The position numbers were made by a program, and so were the translations under genes. The notes beneath the pieces were generated by a model. That model worked only from the letters and a program-made list of their open reading frames with translations, was not told where the DNA came from and did no database searches. This document shows positions 11,720 to 24,817 of a stretch of 64,000 bases of DNA, in pieces. The DNA is from Macrostomum lignano (Eukaryota): NCBI GenBank assembly GCA_002269645.1, contig NIVC01001628.1, positions 88,499-152,498 on the forward strand, written 5' to 3'. How positions within the stretch are numbered: the first letter of the stretch is position 1; each line of letters begins with the position of its first letter.

Positions 11720-13620
11720 TCAAAGCCGATCGGCGCTCTGCGCCTTGCCGAACTGCGCGACCCCGGCGGCATCGGCAGAGGCGGAGGCTGCGGGCGGCGG
11801 CACGGCAAACAGCGGCCTGGGCCGGCTAAGCGAGAAGTAGGGCAGCTGGGGCGGCGGCTGCGCCTGAGGCTGAGGAGAGGCCGGCCGGAACTGATGAAGC
11901 TGCGGAGGCTGCAGGCCCGGGCTGCCGCAGTGGCGGGGGAGGCTCGGACACGAAGATCCGGACGGATGAAAGCTGCCACCGCCGGCACCGGCTTGGGGAA
12001 ACGGCGGAAGCAGCTGGCGTTGCTGCTGCTGGGGATGCTGCGGGTAGGCAACCGAAAGCCTCATCATCGGCTCCAGCTCCGGCGCCGCCCCGGCGGTGCT
12101 GCCAGCCAAAGTTGCCACCGGAGCCGCCGCTGCTGCTGTCACGGCGTCGTCTGCCGACCAGGCCGCGCGGTTGGCGCCGCCGCTGCCGACGCAAGCGCCG
12201 ATGGCCGGGGAGCGCGAGCGGACAGGGCCGGCCGAGGAGCGCTGGCCGGGCGCCGCTTGCTGCTGCTGGAGACGCAGCTGCTGAGCGATCGTGTTCTGAA
12301 TGTCCTCTGGTGATGAGGTCGCGGGAAGCTCGAGAATTGAACTGACCACCGACTAAAACTGCCAAGCAATAAAGCAGCACCCAAAGCTCTCGCGCAACTC
12401 ACCAATCTGTTTGTCAACGCCGGAGCTGCTCGAAGTCTGCAGCGCAACAGACGGCGGCAGCAGAGACTGCGGTGGCGGGAGAGGCGGCGGCAGCAATGGC
12501 GGACAGTCGGCATCGGGACGGGCTGACCTGCAGGTGGCGACGAGGTCAAGGGCCAGGTCCAGCTCGGCATCCGTGAGGAAGTTCACGCCGAGCTCGATTT
12601 CAGCGTCCGGCTCTTCAATGAGCGGCAGCTCGGGTGGCTCATCGGTCTGGCAGGCCTGCGTGACGCATTGGGGAGGTGATTGGGGATTGAAGGGCGATTC
12701 TTGATGAGATTGAAGGGCGATTCTTGATGAGATTGAAGGGCGATTCTTGATGAGATTGAAGGGCGATTCTTGATGAGATTGAAGGGCGATTCTTAAGGGG
12801 ATTGAAGGCCAATTCTTGAGGGATTGGAGGGCGATTCTTGAGGGGATTGAAGGCCAATTCTTAATGAGATTGAAGGCCAATTCTTGAGGGATTGGAGGGC
12901 GATTCTTGAGGGGATTGAAGGCCAATTCTTAATGAGATTGAAGGGCGATTATTGAGGTGATTGAAGGCGATTCTTGAGGGAATAGAAGGGCGATTCTTGA
13001 GGGAATTGAAGGGCGATTCTTGAGGGAATTGAAGGGCGATTCTTGAGGGACTGAAGGGCGATTCTTGAAGGAAATTGAAGGCCGATTCTTGAGGGGATTG
13101 AAGGCGATTCTTGAGAGGATTGAAGGCCGATTCTTGAAGGGACGGCACTGCGATTCTGATGCTCCATCTTTAAAGCACGGGCTCCATCACAGCTCAGCCA
13201 GCCTCCCAGCCTCACCTTCTCCTCGGCGGTTGCTGAGGCCGCCATCGCCGAAGCCGCGGCAGCCGCTGCCTGCAGCAGCCGCCAGCAGACCTGCCAGGAC
13301 TCCGCTGCTCCATGGGCAGTCAAGGACGCATCGCCGTTGCCATTAGCAACCGAATCGCCCGCTTCGACAAAGCCGTTTCCAGCCAGATTGCCTTGAGCAT
13401 CACTACTGTGACTCGGGTTGGAGCCCGGACACTGCGGCAGCTGGGCCAGCGCCTCGGACAGACGGGCGGCCAGTTGGGACCGGCCATCAGCGACGGCCCC
13501 AGTGGCAGCCAGCGGTGGCAGGGAGGCCAGCAGGGAGCAGCAGGCGGTCAGGTAGGTCCGGGTGCAGTCTGTCAAGCTGCGCAGGGCAGCGGCCTGCTCA
13601 GCAGCGAGAGCTGAGGCCAT
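11720..13620 (-). CDS. Uncharacterised 414-aa Ala/Pro/Gln-rich protein, 3 exons
   Basis: complement(join(11720..12306,12403..12655,13216..13620)) = 1245 nt in frame. Canonical donors (GAAG|GTGAGG, ATTG|GTGAGT) and acceptors (CGCAG|, CACCAG|) with consistent phases. GC-rich codon style matches the other genes here. No family recognised. Confidence 0.7.
12684..13140. repeat. About 23-bp intronic minisatellite (GAAGGGCGATTCTTGATGAGATT)
   Basis: Visible period; lies in intron 1 of the orphan gene. Confidence 0.94.
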
Positions 13621-14099
13621 CCCGATGCAGCAGGGAGGAGTCTGGGAGCAGGCAGCAAAATGACTGGAGGCTGGATGAGTAGGTTGCAGGCTGCAGCAAT
13701 GCTAGCTGTGGGAGATAGAATATGCATATTGTTATTGCAGTGAAAACATCGTTCGATTACTTGAAGTCTTACAAGCTCAAGCTGATTATATTAATTAGTT
13801 GATGCCTCTGATTGCCTTTGATAATTAAGGCTCAATTTGGCTTAAAATGTGTCTTGCATTGTGTAAACATTCTTACCAAAAGTAAATGTCTAAATGCTAT
13901 GTAGATATTGAAAATAATACCAATAAAACTATATTTCATTAAATTACTTGAATGCTAAATAAAAATATAAATAAAATGTTTATTTTTCCGATCATTATAA
14001 CATTTTAGAGCATTTTATATGTATGGCACATATATACATACATGCGCAACCTTGGGAATTCACCTGGCCATTTCTATTGGCAACACACACATGTAAGTA

Positions 14100-17000
14100 C
14101 GCTTTTAGCGTGATATCATTATTTGCACGCAAGCTATTTTTCTTTAAACAATAATTATACCAAGTCTACCTAAAACACGCCCCGCACCGGCCCTGCAGCG
14201 CTACACATTAAAACAAATTGGACTTTAACTGAAGACATTTCAAAATGCGTTTTCTGTTAAGCTTTAAGTTTTTATTAAATTTAGTTTTTTACTTTTAAAT
14301 ATAAAATAGAGTGAAAAAAGTCATATTAATAAAATAAAATAAATATAATTTAATAATGAAAACGAGAATATGAAAACTAATAAAATCAGGTTAAGTGGCT
14401 TGCTTGGCAAGTAAAATAAATAGAAAGCCGAAAATTAACATGTGGTTTTTTCAACGTGTTTTGCACACCAAGGTGCATCGTCAGATATATTGTTTGAAAC
14501 GAAAAATTTGAGTAAGCGAATTTATAAATTATTTGTCAATGAACGTATATGTATGTAGCTGGTAAGTATTTTGTATGTACAAAGTAGTTGGAGGTTGATA
14601 GTCCATAGTCCTCTATCTATAGTCCTCTAATGGGCTATGGTCATGGACTATGGGCTCTAGGCGGGTTCCTGAGCCCATTCGGTCTAAAGGCCTATTTTGA
14701 CAGTTCTCTGGTTACGTAAGCAAGTTTGCAGGACATGGTGTAGCATTTGCTGGTGTGCATTCCTGCTCATCTATATTATCCAATTTGATTCTGCTTGCTA
14801 GTCACCTGTTATCCCTCCTAGTTAGGCACTTCAGTGAGAAAATTAAATTTCAGAAATTGTTATAGGCTGCTATTTCACTAGATAGATCTTACTTTCCCAT
14901 TTCCAAAATGGCCAAACTTTAGTGATTTGGTTGAGTAATAAGGAAACTACAGCTATTTTAGTAACCCCGATTTGTGCCTTTAGCCAATGGAATTTTTACA
15001 TTACGGTTTGTGATCATTTTTGGCCAAAAAGTTGGCTTTTTGTCTTTGAACACTTGTAATTAATTTTCTAGCCAACCAAAATGACTGTGCTTGGTGTCAT
15101 TTTGTTCAGTTTTTTAGTGTTAATTGTATGAATTATATATTTTAATATTATTTTATATGCCCAAGTTGCTAAGCTAATTGAAACAGGATGGGTGTATGAA
15201 ATTTTGACTATTTTAACCAGATACGCAATGATTGCAATTTTAAAAATACAATAGCATCTGTTCTGCTTGCTTAATTTATACAAGGCTAGTGTCATTTTGT
15301 TCAGGTTTTTACCTACTATAATACTATTCTACTTCTTGCCCTAAATTTTTAATGCATGACAGACACCCCAACTGCAATGTAATGTGCTGTACAGGCTTTG
15401 CGCATGGGTTTATTAAAAAACGGTTTTGCCTATCGTGTTCAGCATAGCAGAATTAGTTAAATGACACAGAGAACTAGTTTGCCGGAAGGCAGAGTCTCAC
15501 AAAAAACACGAAATACACGTTTCAATGGGTATTTTACATGTAAACGTATCAAAAAAAGAAACCTCCACAAAATTTTTGCGCCTATAGCTATTGGCAAGCG
15601 GTTTTTTTACTGTGCTTGTATTGTCAATAGGTAATGAAAAATATAAAGAGAAACAATGCAGGAAAAGGATTTCATGGAAAATTTTGGATTTGAAATTTTG
15701 CATAGAGCCATATGGGCATTAAAAGAAAAAAAAATTTTTTTTAACACCAGAAAAATGTTTCTAAATTATCCCTTTACACTATAAAACCTTTGTTTCCATT
15801 ATAAGAAACACATTGCAGCTAAGAAAAAGCATTTTCTGAACCACTGTTTTTTTATTCATTTTGGCTTCAATTTTATATTCCTCCTAAAAAATGGTCAACT
15901 TTAAAAATAGACAGTGCAAAAAGTATAACAAAGCTAGACTTGCAGTTGGTGTCATTTGAAAGAGCTCCTTTTTACCTTTTAAATGCATATTTTACTTTCA
16001 TCCTGGCTTCTATAGTTTCTTTAAAATCGCCCTTGAAAAATTGGACTTTTTTCTTACTTTTTTGCCATTGGCACGCACTTCTTATAACTCACTGAAGTCC
16101 CTATCCTAGTATTAGGACTTTAGCCACTCGCTATACTTAGCTAGCTAGGGCTGGTACGTATGCAGTATGCATGTAAGAGTGGCCAAGTGGCAGCTTGAAT
16201 GCTTATATAGAGCTAGAATAGCAATAAAGGCCGAATTAACTATAGATGCTAAAAAGTCGCCTGCACACTAGAACCAGGGAGCATTGGCTCAAACCGTCGG
16301 CCATCCAATGATCCAAACCCACATTTTGGAATGTAACAGATGCTCTAATTGTACACCTGAAGAACGTTTTAAAATAATCGACCAATGCCCATCTGATCAC
16401 AAGCTCAAGACAGTGGTGCAGCAACTCTAACACAGTGGTGCAGGCCATGTCCTCCATGTATTCTGAGCTGAGTGAGAGAGCATTGACCTTGTTGTAACCA
16501 GTGCTCATTCAATTATATTTTGTTTTCTACCTATTGGTCTTCGCCCCACCCTACGGACTATCAACCTCCAACTACTTTGTACATACAAAATACTTATCAG
16601 CTACATACATACGTTCATTGACAAATAAATTATAAATTCGCTTACTCAAACCTTTCGTTTCAAACAATATATCTGACGATGCACCTTGGTGTGCAAAACG
16701 CGTCGAAAAAACCACATGTTAATTTTCGGCTTTCTATTTATTTTACTTGCCAAGCGAGCCACTTGACCTGATTTTATTAGTTTTCATATTCTCATATTTT
16801 CATATTTTCATATTTTCATATATCATATTCGGGTCGTTCTCAAAGCTAGGTCACAACTTTTTGTTATTGCAAAAAAAGTTTATACATCGACCAATAATCG
16901 TACCAAAAAAATTATTTCGACAATTTCTGTAAGAAGCTGCTACTAAAACCACAAGAAAACTTGAAATTGAGAAGAAATCAAGGCTATTTGTTATTCTTTG

Positions 17001-20000
17001 TTGCGGAAAATAAACGACAAAAATATTAAAGAGAAAATAAAATTTTCTTCTATTTTTATTTTAAATATGCAGTTAAATTTATTTTGCAAAAATAAAAGAA
17101 CAAGAAATTGACAAAGGAAATGTTTTTGAGCACAGCATTTTGTTACTCTGCTCTAAATCCCAGACATTTAAAATTATCGTGTGCGAAAAAGTGCGAAATT
17201 ATTATAGCATGCACTCGAAAGGACTTCGATCAGTTTAACTAATCACTGAATTAAGAAGTCTAAATAAGTCTTGAAAGGTTGAATTAAAAATCAAGTTTTC
17301 ACTATGTATCTTTTCAAAGTCAAGATGATTCGACAAATAAAGAATGTTCATTTTTACGGTGAACAGAATTGTTCATTTTTACATTAAATATTATAAAATC
17401 TAACTAATAATAGAAAAAGTCAGGGAACTATCCTTGAACACCAAAGAGCACATTGTGGATTTAATATCAACTGCATGTTCCTTAATAAAGGAATTCGGAT
17501 ACTAGTATATATTTTATTTTTTGTAGCATAATTTCTGAAAACTATAACTTGCTTGATTTTACTTTAAGTACTTATTACATTAATACTTATACCAAAGCTA
17601 CATGTACTTAAAATAAAAAATTATAGTTACTTATTAGACATTTTACTCCAATTAACTTAAAATAATTCAAATTTATTTTAATTAATTCATTTTTTGAAAC
17701 TTTTTGGAAAATAGACAAGATTGAATTATTTAATTACCAAAAACCTACTAGCTTAACTAAAATAGCAATTAGTCTTTAAGAAAAGATTTCACTTGTTAAT
17801 TGAGAAAAATGAGGATGTGCGAGGTGTAAAAATGCGAAAGAGCATGCAGGAAACAGAGACAAACAAAAATGTAGGTAAAAGACACTGCACATGCACATAA
17901 TATGATAACCAGACATAATGCGCACACTGAAACACCAGTAGCAATGACGCCCAAGCTTTTGATGATCACAAGCGAAAAGGCAAAACCCAGCCATCAATCA
18001 AAGAAGTAGACTTTAGCACGCATCTTGAGTGCATCACGCATTTTTTGCAGAGAAGCTCGAAAATTAACATTGTATTCTGTGCACAACCACCAACTGCGAC
18101 AGGGTCTGCCGGGGGATTTGTGGGCACGCAGTCGCGGATACAAATCGGAGGAGTCGCTGACCATTCTGAAATGACTAGCTAGTACATGTAATTTTGTGTA
18201 TTAATATATTCAGTCCGCTTTATTTCTATGCTCTCGTCCGCCTCTCGTTAATGCATCCCCAGACTCTTGCAATAATAAAACCTATGATCGACCTATGCAT
18301 GGCTTCCGTCCCTCGCTTTGAATCTCTCACCTCCCCATAGTTCCATCAACCTTACCTTAGTGGCTTCCTATGCAAAAATCATCCCTCCGCATCTTACACA
18401 GGCTACTTCAGGCTGTAGACTGTACTACACTTTTACTTCAGTAATTAGTTGCGCTATAAGGAATCTACATGTATTTTGCTCGCAGCGCAGCGCGCTGCTC
18501 AAAGAAGTTTAGTTCTATCTAGATATTCTAGTAATTTCAGGTTTGTCCATAGACTAGAGCTCATGAGATGAGAATTCCATTAACTAGTACATTTAATATG
18601 AATGAACTGCGTGTGTGTGTGCTGTGCATTCATATGTATAATATACGAGTAGTTTATGGGCCAAATTATTGTGTGGCACAATTCTTGGCATCACTCAGCA
18701 GGCACAAGATGCAGTTAAGCAGCGCACGAAAATTCTACAAAAGAAATTGAGCCTGGTTGAGGTGATGCGAGGAGGCAGATCCACACAATCTCAGTGAATA
18801 CACCAGACTGCACCAGATACGAGTCCAGTCGAATGTGCGCACTGGTCTAAGCAGCACACGCATGTCCTTCTGACAATGACGGCACCTAGCTTCGTCCAAG
18901 CCTTTGCCAGCGTCACTGACAGCGTCAATACTACCATGCAGTGCCACCTGCAGCACCGACAACGGCAATTCCTCCAGTTAGCCCACTACAGTGGCTAAAC
19001 TGAGGGACAGGGAACCTACCCACAGAAGACACACACATACACACACAGCACCGGCAGCAGCACTCTGACAGCATAACCTAAAGCTCCATGAGCTCAGTTT
19101 TCAAGCATTGAAGAAGCAGAAGCAGTCATCTTGGATCCAGGGATCAGGAAGAGTGTTGCATGTCCGACATGTGCTGTTTCCGTGGCAAAAGGTGATGGAG
19201 CAAATTAATCAACACTTACTATCTAGCTCGTATTAAGACTAAAAAACTGAGGCAAGCTGGGATTAAACCAAAGAAAATTTTTTACTATACTTTTTTACCA
19301 TACTTTTACTATACTTCTATAGTATAGTAGAGAGGAACTCTATTTAAATGCAGTAAGAAGTGAAACAAATTTATATATTTAATTATTAAATTAAATTAAT
19401 TCAAGGTAAATAACTAATTTAACCAATTTATTAGGAGTATTTATTATTATAATAAATTGATTTTTATACCTTACACGAAATAAGCTCTACATTCATTTCT
19501 TAGCTTGGGGCCCATCTGTATAAGGTCAGTTTCTTCAAAATGCTGATTAATTAATTAAGGCCTGTTGTCTTTACTTAAATTTATAAGGGCATCTTAGAAG
19601 TTAATATTACTATATAATACATGTATAATAGTATTACTATATTATAGTAATATAGTTGCAATTTTAATGACTATTGAATAAGTTTAAATGCTTCCCCTAT
19701 TGACTCTAAATATATGGTATCTTTCCCTTCAGAAAATATTAGCATAGAATGACTTGATGAAAACAAAAAAAATCATTTCGAGATACACATTTGCTGATCA
19801 TTCAGGTCAAATTTCAAGGTCCAGTTTTGCACATGTTTCTCTGTAGCTTGGTTACAAGGATTTTAATAAAAATATAATAAATATGTCCAATGAACTAACT
19901 GATACATAGCCAAATTGTAGTATTTTCAAAAACAAAAAAAATCATTTGCTCAGTTTACTTTACTGGATATCTTTGTAAAATTTCAGCTCAAAAGGTGCTC

Positions 20001-20901
20001 CATGGAGAATGCTAGTGTGGTTACAGGATATTTATTTTGTGCTTCAAAGTAGGAGTTTATTGCGATGCATGGTTGCTTTTAATTATTTTTATCAACAATA
20101 GTGCTCTATTTCATAACAATTTTTTACAAAAAGATAATAAGACATGTTTTTCTAATTATCTGCATCAAAATGTATCATTTTAAGCACGCATTCTAGACGT
20201 CAGCCGAAAAATACATTTTGTGAGACGCAAAGAGGCTATCCCACCGGAAATGCTAGGCGTACAGTTAAAGCGTCTATAAAATCATTTGTAGTGCAGTTTA
20301 TTGAGCTTTAAAAAATTCTTAAATTAAATTTATATAAGCTTTCATTTTAAATGTAATATAGCAAGGTTTCAACACAACAACAACTTTTTTTAGCTACAGA
20401 CATCTTGTAGTATCAAAAATTAACATCGGTGAAATGATTGAATTTGAATTTTTTCATCGCTAATTATCGCTTAATACCGCCAGATGATTAAAAACACTTT
20501 TGTATGATAAAGTTCAACCCAAAAATTATCTTTATTGACAGATAAAAGTGTCCTATTATTTTTAATATCGCAGTAACAATAGTAAATGTTCGGAAAATTG
20601 TTAAAATTTTTGCTCCTCCTAGAATTTGCGAACGACCCATTCTCGTTTTCATTATTATTTATTTTATTTTATTAATATGACTTTTTTCACTCTATTTTAT
20701 ATTTAAAAGTAAAAAACTAAATTTAATAAAAACTTAAAGCTTAACAGAAAACGCATTTTGAAATGTCTTCAGTTAAAGTCCAATTTGTTTTAATGTGTAG
20801 CGCTGCAGGGCCGGTGCGGGGCGTGTTTTAGGTAGACTCGGTATAATTATTGTTTAAAGAAAAATAGCTTGCGTGCAAATAAAGATATCGCGCTAAAAGC
20901 G
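14100..20901. mobile_element. Putative non-autonomous DNA transposon with ~510-bp terminal inverted repeats and TA flanks; right TIR interrupted by a nested element
   Basis: 14100-14608 is the near-identical reverse complement of 16551-16793 joined to 20639-20901. Both ends read TA|CGCTTTTAGCG. A TA TSD would fit Tc1/mariner (inference). Confidence 0.65.
16831..20638. mobile_element. 3.8-kb TIR DNA transposon (GGG...CCC ends, 4-bp ATTC TSD), Sola2-like candidate, no intact transposase
   Basis: Left end GGGTCGTTCTCAAAGCTAGG (16831-16850) versus right end CCTAGAATTTGCGAACGACCC (20618-20638). ATTC flanks both sides. The uninterrupted target site is visible as its reverse complement in the other TIR copy at about 14355-14385. 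Confidence 0.75.
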
Positions 20902-21319
20902 TAAAGCTAGCAGCATTTAGTGACAATACTCCGCTTTGGGTTAAATCCACCTAGCTTTAGCATGCTTCACGCGTAGGCCTTGGTTGAATCAATCGATTGA
21001 ATCCAAATGATGTACATGCTAAGACGGGCAAAGACTGCACACTCAAAATACGTAGCCCATTTTTTACTTTCGATCTTCGCTTTGTTTATTTTAAAAGCTA
21101 ACTTAACTTTGTGTTCCCTTTATTCATTATACTTTGTACAGCAGTCGTGTGATTTGATAGCTCATTTGATAGCGATTGTGAATGAGCTTTTGAGTGGAAC
21201 GCAGTTCATTGTGAATGTAATGTACATACGATACGATGTTGATTTTGAAATCCGAGTAAACATGCAAACTAAAACTTAACGCAATGGATGACAAAATGAC
21301 AATGGATCGCTCCCCCCTC

Positions 21320-21400
21320 ATGTCGCCGAACTGACTGTCGCCGAATTGACTTGTCGCCGAATTGGCTGTCGCCGAGTCAACCTGTCGCCGAATTAACTGG
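21320..21400. repeat. Short tandem of about 5 TGTCGCCGAATTG-like units
   Basis: Visible; possibly the subterminal repeat of a small DNA element. Confidence 0.7.
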
Positions 21401-22493
21401 TTCACCTTGGTGTCACGAATTAATTGGTCACGTCAGTTTCTAAGAAATGGCGCGATGACCTTGGAATCGAATTGTATTGTACTACAAAGCAAATCCACAC
21501 AGAGAATTGGTGGGTACCAGTCGTTTCGGTGACAAGTTGCTTTGGTGATAGACACACTTCATTTTTTATGAAAAATTAAAGATTTCATGAGTTATACTGT
21601 ATAGTGTAGGCCCTCTATATCTCTATACTTAGCTGTAACAGGAATAGGTTTAGGCCCCTATACTATAAGAATATCACATCCATTGAATTAGTCTATTCAC
21701 CTAATTTATCAAGGAAGGTTTTATACTATTTTCTTGTGGTATTCAATCTTGTTCTTAGCAATTTATAAAATCAACATGTTTATTTTATTATATTCCAAGG
21801 GCAAGCCGCAAGGGGTTAAAAGAAACATGTTGATTTGCATTTGCATTAATATTTAGTTTTAAAATTTAAATAGGCTTGATTATTTTGACTTTCAACAATA
21901 TTAGTTTAGTTTTATTAGGTTATATAACATATTGCAAAAAGTATAGGCCCAACATCTAGTATAGGGCCTAGGCCTAGCTATACTAGAAAACACCGACTTA
22001 AAAGATAAGACTGGCAACTAAAATAGAGAGACATCAAGCAAAGAGTTAAAAATAGAAAAGAATAGATAGATAAGAAAAGAAAAGAGAAGAGAGATATAAA
22101 TAGAGAGTTAATCAACTAGGCAATAAGGGAGAAAGAGGAATAACAAGATTTAACTAGACAAAAAAGAGAAATAGTAGGGGTCGGATGTGATCACAGTCGT
22201 GATCACAATTTCGTGAATTCACGACCATTTTTTCACGATCGTTATTTCTTTGCAACCCATTCACAACAGTCGTGAATTTCTGCTTTGGGCCTTTTCATAT
22301 TACCAATTCCAGAATCAGAATCAGTTCGGAATTCCAAGAAAAACAGTAGTATAACTATTAAACTCTGTTAATATTTGACTGCCTTAACAACCTAACTTAG
22401 CACAATTTTTCACTTTCTTCTTAGCAATTGTCATTCAATAATAAAAACTTTATAGCATGTATCTCCCTCTAGTTCCTAGTGAGCTCCGCGAAA

Positions 22494-22542
22494 CCCACAA
22501 ACCCAAGGACACGCGCGAAGCGCGTGTCCTTGGGTTTGTGGG
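22494..22542. other. Perfect 23-bp inverted repeat with a GAA loop (GC-GAA-GC core)
   Basis: CCCACAAACCCAAGGACACGCGC-GAA-GCGCGTGTCCTTGGGTTTGTGGG. Confidence 0.95.
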
Positions 22543-24817
22543 GTGAGCGGAGCGAACGCGCGAGGCACAAAGTGCCGAGCATGAGGAACAAACAGCCAGC
22601 CAATGCGCGAAGCGCATTGGGTGGTCTGGCTTGTGACGAATATAATAATATGAGACGTGTGCATCGAAAAAATGACAAGAAAAATCTCACAAAAACTGCT
22701 GTAACTTCAAAACTACAAGTGGGAATTTCACAAGTGAGGTGTCATTTTAAAGAGAAGAATCTGATCTATTTAACGAGTATAGTTTTGTATGGATTCACTG
22801 CGGAGAAAAGGAACATGCTTCAGTTGAAATGTTTGTCTTAAGATTATGTCTTTACAAAAGTGCATTTCCTCATGCACATTAAAACTCGAGCTAAAAATGT
22901 TCGAGGGTTATAGGTGCGCCTTACTAAGATGCATAACATTATTGGGTTGTTTTTTTCAATTGTATCAAAAAGTTGGCACTTTGGTTGCAAAAAATGCAAA
23001 AATTGAAAATGTACTTTTACAGTTTTTTGCATTTTTTTCTATACTGCTAATAGTTAAGCATACATACTATGCACCAATTGATGCGCAATTCAAAGATACA
23101 CAAGTGTGGAAGTTTTCAATTCTTAAACATTTGAAATCAGAAAGTTATCGACGAAAGACTAAAAATCATGATCTCAAACTGATTTGAGGAAAAGTGCTCA
23201 TTATAATTTTTGGAATATGGAAGAAACAATTCAACGCCGTCATCTAATTCCAAACTAACTGTACTTTAAGGTACTGCGATGATTTTTTTATTGAAAGAGC
23301 GAAACCTGTTTAAATATTTGAAAAAATGGAAAAAAAGTACCTTTTTTCATAGAAATACTCTCTTTTGACTGCTTAATCCGATTTCCAACAACAAAATAGT
23401 TGCTTTCCTGCTGGTGCAAACCGTTATTAGGGTGAATTTTCAAAATTGCATACTGTGCCAAAAGTAAACTGAAGCTTAATATTTATAAACATTAGAAACG
23501 GGACCACTAATGGGTATTTTACTTTGGTTACTTACTATGGACTAAACTGGCACTGGCAGAGACAGATTTGAGAGAAACTAATTGCTCCATTGTATTTGTA
23601 TTTGGCTCCAGCGTTACAAATTACAATAGCTATTTCGGGGTCTAACCGGCTAAGTTATCAAAAAAGCTAGATACCAATCACCAGTTTCATCATCAGCTAT
23701 ACCTACCACGATTTTATAGTCACATGCAACAGTAATACCCTCCTTTAAAAGTTTTCAATATCTAAAATGATGTGTTAAATTTTATAAAATTTCATAAACA
23801 GTGAAATTTTAGCTGTTTACGTGCTGGTGGTTTGAACATAGCTACTTTGTGCGAAAATACACTGTCATTAATACCGTACCTATTATTGTATTTATTGTAT
23901 TGAAAGTTGATGTGTAAATTGTACTTTTCTATTTTTTTGTCATTCGTTATCGCACTCGGGCCGGCCTGCCTGCCTTGTGGGGTGTGGTGGCCTTGGCCAC
24001 TTTCTCCCCCTTCTGCTAGGATCCAAAGCAAGCTTTCAAGTGTACATTTAATATTATCGATCGATTATTTAAAACAAGCCTCTAGTGGCTGGTGTTGAGA
24101 GTGAGTGGCCTTGAGTGTACGCGAAAGCAAGAGGAAGCCCATGGGCGGACTATATGAACCTTCCTTTAGTGGAAAGTTGGGCCTTGTGCATTGGATAGTG
24201 TACGCTACACAAGACAGAAGGTAAAGAGAAAGAGAACGACAGGCTAGCCAATAGCGATAGCATGTGCTTCTTTCTCTCCAGTCCACTATGGTAGGGGGGG
24301 GGGGAGGGGGGTGTCAGACGGCCCAACTCTAACCCCCATACCCAAAACAGCGTACATGTAGAATAAGAAGGGATTGGGTCCTTAAGTCTTAAGGATTAAG
24401 TCTTCCCAAATGTACATGTATGTACAAAGACAAACACAGACAAGAAAAATGGCTCTAAAAACCATTGTTATTGTTACACTGTGTGTCTATTTTTATTAAC
24501 TTGACTTTGACTTGTCTTTACTCTAGCATGGTCAAGGATAATTACTGTTACTTCATACCTAATTTACAATTAATTGCATAAGATTAAGAAGGAATAATAC
24601 AATCGAGGTCGAACCCATGATCACTTGACCCACCCACCCATGATCACTTCTGATTCTGACCTACATGTATCTACTATATCCTGCCAGTTTCTCCAGTTTT
24701 ATGGGTCTTGGTGTCGGTGATTCGAGCAATTCCATTACATTTTATCGGTGCAGTGCGTCTATTAATGCTTAGCTACTTGTATATGTGTTGCAGAACTTAT
24801 GCTCGTAGTTTCCCTTC

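Noticed and set aside
19555-20320. Kolobok-like TTAA-flanked element (also near 23266)
   Set aside because: TTAA|GG starts were seen but no matching right terminus or TIR could be established.
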